From positions 112,526 through 176,525 of the forward strand of contig CAZALK010000011.1 of NCBI GenBank assembly GCA_964486045.1: DNA of 64,000 nucleotides, given 5' to 3'. Below, piece after piece: positions 32,499-38,805 of this stretch. Numbering within the stretch: position 1 is the stretch's first letter; every line of letters starts with the position of its first letter. The notes below the pieces were generated by a model. That model was not told the origin of the DNA. It ran no database searches and worked only from the letters and a program-made list of their open reading frames with translations. This stretch comes from an uncultured archaeon. GTDB taxonomy: Archaea > Asgardarchaeota > Lokiarchaeia > Sigyniarchaeales > SOKP01. Made by a program: the position numbers and the translations under genes.

Positions 32499-33830
32499 CT
32501 ATAAAAAATTATCTAGAGTTTTTTGAGTTTTAATATAATTAATTAACTTACTACTCTTTTTCCAGTGTTTAAACTCTACAATAAAGCCCTCAGTTAATTT
32601 ATTAATGGCATCATCAAAATTATCTAAAATAGTAGGAGTACTTGTCCACATTGCGTTGTTAACAGTTTCTCTTATAACCCAGACACCTAATGGAACAACA
32701 TAGCCACCGGAAACTTCACGGAATATAAGAACTCTTGCCTGTTTTTTTATCTTATACAAGTATTCACATACCGATTTTCTTGCTGCATAGTATGCGCCAG
32801 TTATATTACTTGCATAATTCTTTCTCCCACCGTAAAATTCAAAGTCAGTCATTATTTGAGGTTTTAAATTTCGGTTATTACCATCAAGAGAAACATTCCA
32901 TAATGTATTTGGGGCCCATACTTCATTCATTTCATAAATAAATTTCCCGGGAAATAACAAAATCTTGAGATGGTTATCAAGATAAGTGGCTTCAAAAATC
33001 TGATAATCATCAATTTCTGGGAACTTTTTGATTTCTTTAATCAGACCTTTTGAAATTATATCATCAACAGCTGTTATCGTCCAACGAGTAGGCACAATTC
33101 TACGCTTCTTTTCCTCGCCAAGTAATCCTGCTGAAAATATTCTTTTTATTGTGGATTCAGGTACATGTCCCTTAAAATAGAGATGTTCTGACACTGCTTC
33201 AGCTGCTGTTAAATCTATGTCTGATACACAATAATCAACCTGAGGATGAACTTTTGTATTCTCTGTTATCGTGATTTTCTCTGTAATACCAGAAGGTCCT
33301 ACGGGACTTGCGTGGTTGTCTACCAATATTCTTAAGTTTAATCGATCTAACTTAGCCTCAACATCAACTGGCTGAGAGGCCATAGATAATTCTTGAGATG
33401 ACTCTAGTAATCTCTGCGTTTTTATCGAGGGGGTAATCTTTCTTGATTTTTGGCCAATATTGACATTGAGTTTGAAATTACTCCTCACTAGGCAACTCCT
33501 ATATTTAATTATATCAACCATAGGTTTACCAAACCACAATTCAGGAGAATCGAGAATATGATAATCTGAAATATTAAGTCCTGTTTCAAATTCTTGAAAA
33601 GGAATTAAGGGTCCTAAATATACATTTGGATAATGAAAGTGTCCTACAAAAAATCCGGGAGGGCTGGCTCCAAAAATCTTAACATTTCTTCTCGTCTTAT
33701 CTAAATCGAAAGTAACCATAGATTTCAAAACTGATTTCTTTAATAAAATAGGACAAGTTTTTTTTCCACATAACAACCTCCCTCCTTTACAACGAAGACA
33801 AACATTCTTTTCTGTTTGAGGTCTGACCAA
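32499..33830 (-). CDS. nreA: Archaeal DNA repair protein NreA
   Basis: CLRCKGGRLLCGKKTCP, RRIVPTRWTITAVD, YYAAR, PLGVWVIRE and C-terminal PIP box QKTLDNF. Confidence 0.92.
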   Translation of the reverse strand: MVRPQTEKNVCLRCKGGRLLCGKKTCPILLKKSVLKSMVTFDLDKTRRNVKIFGASPPGFFVGHFHYPNVYLGPLIPFQEFETGLNISDYHILDSPELWFGKPMVDIIKYRSCLVRSNFKLNVNIGQKSRKITPSIKTQRLLESSQELSMASQPVDVEAKLDRLNLRILVDNHASPVGPSGITEKITITENTKVHPQVDYCVSDIDLTAAEAVSEHLYFKGHVPESTIKRIFSAGLLGEEKKRRIVPTRWTITAVDDIISKGLIKEIKKFPEIDDYQIFEATYLDNHLKILLFPGKFIYEMNEVWAPNTLWNVSLDGNNRNLKPQIMTDFEFYGGRKNYASNITGAYYAARKSVCEYLYKIKKQARVLIFREVSGGYVVPLGVWVIRETVNNAMWTSTPTILDNFDDAINKLTEGFIVEFKHWKKSSKLINYIKTQKTLDNFL

Positions 33831-33996
33831 TTAACTCTCTCTTGATTCTATTTGTATTGCTCAAAAATAATAAATATCTCCTATTATAAAAAGAAAAGAA
33901 GAGTATAAATTTTTAATATTTATATTAAAAGACAAACAATTTCTATTCATGATATAATAATCCTCTAAATTAAATTTTAAGGTTGAAAACGACCAA

Positions 33997-34287
33997 ATGC
34001 TATTTATAATGTATAAAGCATTAAATGTACTATTTCAGACTATAGAGGCTGGTTCTATATATTTTGTGTACCTTCGAAAAAATGGGAATCTTGAACGTTC
34101 AATGGCAAGGATCGAAATATGGGGTAATCCAAGCCCAACCAATTATTATGCAAAATCTTCACTTTACGTTAACAGCAATGGGACTGATTACTTCGAAATA
34201 AATTGTAAAAATTATGCTGATGGCTTTTTATTTTCAGTTATGGGGTCAAATCTGTATAATCAATTATCGATCGAATATGTTTTGTAA
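33997..34287 (+). CDS. Hypothetical beta-rich protein or gene fragment between duplicated nreA 5' ends
   Basis: 96-aa ATG ORF. Confidence 0.45.
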   Translation: MLFIMYKALNVLFQTIEAGSIYFVYLRKNGNLERSMARIEIWGNPSPTNYYAKSSLYVNSNGTDYFEINCKNYADGFLFSVMGSNLYNQLSIEYVL

Positions 34288-34355
34288 TAATTGATTTCTT
34301 GAAAATAAAAAATATTTTTTATTTTATCTTTAAGAAAAGTTATTTGTTAAAATAA

Positions 34356-34611
34356 AGATGTTCTGACACTGCTTCAGCTGCGGTTAAATCTATGTCTGAT
34401 ACACAATAATCAACCTGAGGATGAACTTTTGTATTCTCTGTTATAGTGATCCAAAAATCTCAACATTCCTCTTTATTTTATCTAACTTAAATGGAACCAT
34501 CGATTTTAAGACAGATTTCTTTATTAAAATTGGGCAAGTCTTTTTTCCGCAGAGGAGTCTCCCAGACTTGCACTTCAAACATATATTGGGCTCTGTGGAA
34601 GGTCGTACCAA
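34356..34611 (-). pseudogene. nreA: nreA 5' remnant with internal deletion
   Basis: 34451-34611 encodes MVRPSTEPNICLKCKSGRLLCGKKTCP...VEIFG; 34356-34450 is nearly identical to 33181-33275. Confidence 0.88.
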
Positions 34612-34797
34612 TCTTTTTTTACTCGAAAATTAATTAAATTCAAAAGTAACTATTATTCTCTATTATATAAATGGTAAAAGAGTTTAAATTTTTAATATTT
34701 TTAAAAAAAGAATTAATAATTCTAAATTATGAAATCAAATAAATCGATATTTTTAAGATTATTAGTAGGAATTGATTGTATGAAAAAGTATAAATTA

Positions 34798-34810
34798 ATA
34801 GTAATACTAT
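34798..34810. promoter_or_regulatory. Palindrome ATAGTA-A-TACTAT, putative vapBC autoregulatory operator
   Basis: Inverted repeat immediately upstream of the antitoxin gene. Confidence 0.35.
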
Positions 34811-34816
34811 CATTTA

Positions 34817-35065
34817 GTGATAATTATGATAATAAAACGAAAAGTGGGGCCAAAAGGTCAAGTTGTTATACCTAAAGATGTACGAGAAGCCCTTAATATT
34901 AAACCTGGAAGTGAAGTTTTAATAGAAATCATTGAAAATGAAATCAGAATAAGACTTCCTTCAAACAAGAAAGAATTTTTAGAAGACTTTTTAAAAACTC
35001 CTGAAAAATTAACAGAGAAAGTAGATTTTAAAAAATTTTACTATAAACAATACACAAAGGATTAA
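34817..35065 (+). CDS. vapB: AbrB/MazE/SpoVT family antitoxin
   Basis: KVGPKGQVVIPKDVREALNIKPG. Confidence 0.9.
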   Translation: MIIMIIKRKVGPKGQVVIPKDVREALNIKPGSEVLIEIIENEIRIRLPSNKKEFLEDFLKTPEKLTEKVDFKKFYYKQYTKD

Positions 35066-35068
35066 ATT

Positions 35069-35482
35069 ATGGAAAAGGTCTACATTGACACAAATATATT
35101 TCTCAACCCCATTTTATATGATACAAAAACAAATCAGGAAGCTAGCAAATCTAAAAGCTTTTTAGAAAAGATTATCGTTAATGAAATAATTGGATTTACA
35201 TCTGTTTTAACTTGGGATGAATTTGTTTGGATTATAAGAAAAACTTTAGGCATACAAGTAGCTATAGAGAAGGGGAGAAAGTTTCTTATTATTCCAAATC
35301 TAAGAATTGTAAAAGTATCACTAATAACTATAAATCGGGCGCAGGATTTAATATCTAATTATAGTATTCAACCTCGAGATGCCATTCATGTAGCATGTGC
35401 ATTAGAAAATAAAATAAATCAAATTATCAGCTTTGATGAAGAATTCGACATTATTAAGGAAATAGAAAGAACTGAACCATAA
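35069..35482 (+). CDS. vapC: PIN-domain toxin
   Basis: YIDTNIF, TWDE, DAIHVACA, ISFDEEFD. Confidence 0.9.
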   Translation: MEKVYIDTNIFLNPILYDTKTNQEASKSKSFLEKIIVNEIIGFTSVLTWDEFVWIIRKTLGIQVAIEKGRKFLIIPNLRIVKVSLITINRAQDLISNYSIQPRDAIHVACALENKINQIISFDEEFDIIKEIERTEP

Positions 35483-35531
35483 ATATCAAATATATAATTT
35501 AGAGACTTACGCCCATCAAAAAATTAAATAA

Positions 35532-35894
35532 TTATTTATCATTTTGTAAAGATTTATTATGAGCCCATTTCATTAAAGGTATCATAGCATCTCTAACTTC
35601 GATTCCATCCTGAGTTAGCGAGTATTCCACTTTTGGAGGTATTTCGGGAAAGAGCTCTCTCTTTATTAAGCCTGCTTCATTCAACTTTTTTAATCTATCT
35701 GAAAGGGCTTTTGGGCTTATACCTTTAATATCTTTTAAAAGTTCATTAAACCTTAACTTATCATAATTACTGATTGTGCCAATAATCACTAATGCCCATT
35801 TTTTACTAATGACATTAATAATTCCTTCTACCGGGCAAAAACAAAAGCCCTCTTCTCCCGTATTTTTACAACGAATCCCAGTAACCTTTTTAAT
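35532..35894 (-). CDS. HxlR-family winged-helix regulator with Cys-rich N-terminus
   Basis: ISPKALSDRLKKL...PPKVEYSLT; frame extends upstream of GTG 35789 through CKNTGEEGFCFCPVEGIINVISKKW to ATT 35894, 6 nt after GGTGA. Confidence 0.85.
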   Translation of the reverse strand: MKKVTGIRCKNTGEEGFCFCPVEGIINVISKKWALVIIGTISNYDKLRFNELLKDIKGISPKALSDRLKKLNEAGLIKRELFPEIPPKVEYSLTQDGIEVRDAMIPLMKWAHNKSLQNDK

Positions 35895-36000
35895 ACTATC
35901 TCACCATTTTACTACTTACTATACAATTTAATACTGGACAATTTAAATACTTTATTATCTATATCTACTATAAAAACTAAAGTATTGAAGGTGATAAAAA

Positions 36001-36150
36001 ATGCTCGAGGAATCTCATCTCATAAAGAAAGTCGAAATTCAACCAGAACAAAATGCTTGTTCTTGTGGTTGTACGGGTCAAGAAAATGAAAATTTTGAAG
36101 AAACTAAACAAAAACTAGTTAGTCAGTCCCAAAATGAATCAAAGAAATAA
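36001..36150 (+). CDS. 49-aa peptide with a CSCGC motif (putative metal-binding), not in ORF track
   Basis: MLEESHLIKKVEIQPEQNACSCGCTGQENENFEETKQKLVSQSQNESKK*, preceded by a GAAGGTGA SD-like site. Confidence 0.65.
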   Translation: MLEESHLIKKVEIQPEQNACSCGCTGQENENFEETKQKLVSQSQNESKK

Positions 36151-36161
36151 GTTGTAATTAT

Positions 36162-36428
36162 ATGTTAATTTTAAAACATGTCGAATATGAAATACCTGAT
36201 CTTAATCAATTGAATCTACTATTAGAACATATAAATCAAATATCTTCTAAAATTGAAGGGATTTCATTTACTGACATTTTTTTTTCTAAAAATGGGAAGG
36301 AATTTGTTCTTCTGTTAGAATCTGAAAGTGAAGAAGTTTATCTTAATTGGAGAAAAATATGTCCTCCTCCATCTGGTACTAGAGATTGGTATGACGTATA
36401 TTTGTCTAAAAAAGAAAGTTTCTCTTAA
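36162..36428 (+). CDS. Hypothetical 88-aa protein co-oriented with the CSCGC peptide
   Basis: ATG ORF 11 nt after the peptide stop. Confidence 0.65.
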   Translation: MLILKHVEYEIPDLNQLNLLLEHINQISSKIEGISFTDIFFSKNGKEFVLLLESESEEVYLNWRKICPPPSGTRDWYDVYLSKKESFS

Positions 36429-36592
36429 ACCTTGCAACCTTATTGGAAAGAACCTATACAAGAACTTGTCATAAAATCTGAAATCAACACTCTTCAACAT
36501 TTAGAAACCTAAGTCATATTGAAACTTAAGTTCACGAGCTATCTTATTAAATTAACTCCTAATTATATGAATTATTATAAAATTATAACTGG

Positions 36593-36610
36593 AAGTTATT
36601 TAAATAACTT
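36593..36610. promoter_or_regulatory. Perfect 18-bp palindrome AAGTTATTTAAATAACTT centred on a TTTAAA TATA-like box
   Basis: Ends 48 nt upstream of ATG 36659. Confidence 0.45.
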
Positions 36611-36658
36611 AATCCTAAGATTAATGTAAATCTGTTAAAGATTTTTTCGTTGATTATT

Positions 36659-36868
36659 ATGTTATATAATTGTACCGTACATTGCCCATTTTGTGGACAT
36701 TTAAATAAAGTTGAAATTCCGGAAAATAAATGACTTCTGAGCCTTGAATGTCAAGGTTGTAAGGATATCATTTCAGGGAAGGAAAATCCCCATGGTTGAA
36801 ATTGAGTATTATGCGCTTATGGTGACACTCCTTGAGTACAAATTCAAGCAAAAGAAAAAATCAAGTAA
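36659..36868 (+). CDS. GDCCVxC-family selenoprotein candidate with four in-frame TGA (Sec) codons
   Basis: MLYNCTVHCPFCGHLNKVEIPENK-U-LLSLECQGCKDIISGKENPHG-U-N-U-VLCAYGDTP-U-VQIQAKEKIK*; TGA at 36731, 36797, 36803 and 36833 fall at family Cys positions. Confidence 0.85.
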
Positions 36869-36873
36869 AAAAA

Positions 36874-36922
36874 AATCAATGATGCCAATGAATAAATGTT
36901 AGTCATTGGTTAAGACGAGATT
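36874..36922 (+). promoter_or_regulatory. Candidate eukaryote-like SECIS element in the 3' UTR
   Basis: AATC-A-ATGA, stem CCAATGA/TCATTGG, AAA in the apical loop 11 nt after ATGA, GA at 36914, closing GATT. Confidence 0.5.
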
Positions 36923-37064
36923 GCGCTCTCGAAAATTAAAAATAATATCTATAATCTCCTTTTTTTTATATATTATTATAATAAGATTGAAAAAAGTTTT
37001 GATTGTAGATCTAAATAGAATAATAAATTAATAACTAATTTCTTTATTTAGAAGATGAAACAAA

Positions 37065-38468
37065 ATGGAAAACTATGAATTAATTATAATAGGCGGCGGA
37101 GCAGCAGGATTTGCTGCTGCAATGAAAGCTAATGATTTAAAAATTAAAGCCCTAATGGTAAATAATGATGCGATAGGATTAGGTGGAACATGTGTTAATG
37201 TAGGCTGCGTTCCAACAAAATATTTGCTAAATATCGGAGATTTAATTAACAAATCGAGAAATCAACGATTTGAAGGTATCAAATCATCGATTTCTGTTAA
37301 TTTTCAAAAAGTCATCGAGGGAAAAAATAATCTTATCAAGCAATTGCAACAGGATAAATATGAAAATGTTTTGAAAAAATTACCAAACGTTGATCTTGTT
37401 GAAGGTAATGCCAAATTCGTTTCAAACTCAGAAATTCAAGTGGATAATCAAAAAACATTTAAAACAAATAAATTTATTGTTGCTACTGGCTCCTCATCTT
37501 TTATTCCACCAATAAAGGGTATTGAGCAAGTTGATTACACCACTAATATTGAAGCACTTCAATTAGAAAAGCTACCAGAGACTATGATTGTTTTAGGTGG
37601 GGGTGCATTAGGAGTTGAATTTGCTCAATTATTTTCTCGATTTGGGACAAAAGTTTATCTTTTTGAAATGCTAGATAGTATAGTACCAAATGAAGAACCT
37701 GAAATATCTCTTTATCTAAAAGAATATCTTCAAGATGAAGGAATCGAGATTTATACAAATGCTAAAATAATTGAAATCGAAAATGGAGATAGTGAGAAAG
37801 TAATAAAAGTACTTCATAATAACAATGAGTCAACATTTAAAGCAGAACACATTTTAATCGCAGCAGGAAGGAAGCCTAACACTAACAATCTAGGACTAGA
37901 AGAAATTGGAATAAATTTAGGAAAGAAGGGACAGATTATCGTTGATGAATTTATGAAGGCAAGAGAAAACATATGGGCTGCCGGGGATGTAATCGGTGAA
38001 CCAATGTTAGAAACTATTGCTGCTAGAGAAGGAATGATTGCTACGACGAATGCTTTATCAGATGAAAAAATTAAAATGGATTACAGAGTGGTTCCCCATG
38101 CAATTTTTACCAGTCCTCAAGTTGGGAGTGTTGGTTTAACTGATCTCCAAGCAAATCAAATGGGTTTTGATTGCAGATGTAATACAATCCCAATTGGGTT
38201 TGTAGCTAAATCAAAAATCATTAATGAAGATAAAGGAGTATTAAAAATCGTAATCAATAGAAAAACAGAAGAAATTTTAGGCATTCACATTTTATCTACT
38301 AATGCTGCTGATCTAATTCATGAAGGTGTTATGATTATTAAGAATCATATGACACTCGATGATGTAATTAGTACAATCCATGTTTTTCCTACATTATCAG
38401 AAGCTATAAAACTTACAGCCCAATCATTCAAACGAGATATTTCTGTTATTAGTTGTTGTATTGAATAA
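37065..38468 (+). CDS. merA: Mercuric reductase (no N-terminal NmerA domain)
   Basis: GGTCVNVGCVP redox centre, HVFPTLSE and C-terminal vicinal Cys pair SCCIE. Confidence 0.88.
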   Translation: MENYELIIIGGGAAGFAAAMKANDLKIKALMVNNDAIGLGGTCVNVGCVPTKYLLNIGDLINKSRNQRFEGIKSSISVNFQKVIEGKNNLIKQLQQDKYENVLKKLPNVDLVEGNAKFVSNSEIQVDNQKTFKTNKFIVATGSSSFIPPIKGIEQVDYTTNIEALQLEKLPETMIVLGGGALGVEFAQLFSRFGTKVYLFEMLDSIVPNEEPEISLYLKEYLQDEGIEIYTNAKIIEIENGDSEKVIKVLHNNNESTFKAEHILIAAGRKPNTNNLGLEEIGINLGKKGQIIVDEFMKARENIWAAGDVIGEPMLETIAAREGMIATTNALSDEKIKMDYRVVPHAIFTSPQVGSVGLTDLQANQMGFDCRCNTIPIGFVAKSKIINEDKGVLKIVINRKTEEILGIHILSTNAADLIHEGVMIIKNHMTLDDVISTIHVFPTLSEAIKLTAQSFKRDISVISCCIE

Positions 38469-38550
38469 CTTTATCTATTTTACATCAGATAAGATATAGA
38501 TAAAGTGTATAATGAGAATTTTACCAAATTTAAAATCAAGGTAGTTTAAA

Positions 38551-38778
38551 ATTAAACCAAGAAAAATAAAATTCACCGCGAAAAATAAGGCAATTCATTG
38601 TAAATCTTGCAAAGCGCGTATTGAGACAGTATTAAAAAATGAACCAGGTATAATAAGTATCAAAGCGGATTATAAAACTCAGAATGTAGATTTGCTTTTT
38701 GATGAGGAAATAATCACAATACAAGTTATAAAAACAATAATAGAAGATTTGGGATTTCCTATCAAAAAATTGGGTTAA
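38551..38778 (+). CDS. Stand-alone HMA-domain metallochaperone (CopZ/MerP-like), not in ORF track
   Basis: IKPRKIKFTAKNKAIHCKSCKARIETVLKNEPGIISIKADYKTQNVDLLFDEEIITIQVIKTIIEDLGFPIKKLG*; no ATG/GTG/TTG before the CxxC, apparent ATT start. Confidence 0.8.
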   Translation: MKPRKIKFTAKNKAIHCKSCKARIETVLKNEPGIISIKADYKTQNVDLLFDEEIITIQVIKTIIEDLGFPIKKLG

Positions 38779-38805
38779 AAATTTTAGGATGATAATCGAG
38801 GCTTC

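Noticed and set aside
35901-35903. In-frame TGA upstream of HxlR as a possible Sec
   Set aside because: No start codon before the next TAA; the TGA is part of the GGTGA SD-like motif
36659-36868. Reading the four-TGA frame as a pseudogene or as genome-wide TGA reassignment
   Set aside because: All interruptions are TGA at Cys columns, while TGA is a normal stop elsewhere (e.g. PAC2, moaB, moaE, the P1B ATPase)
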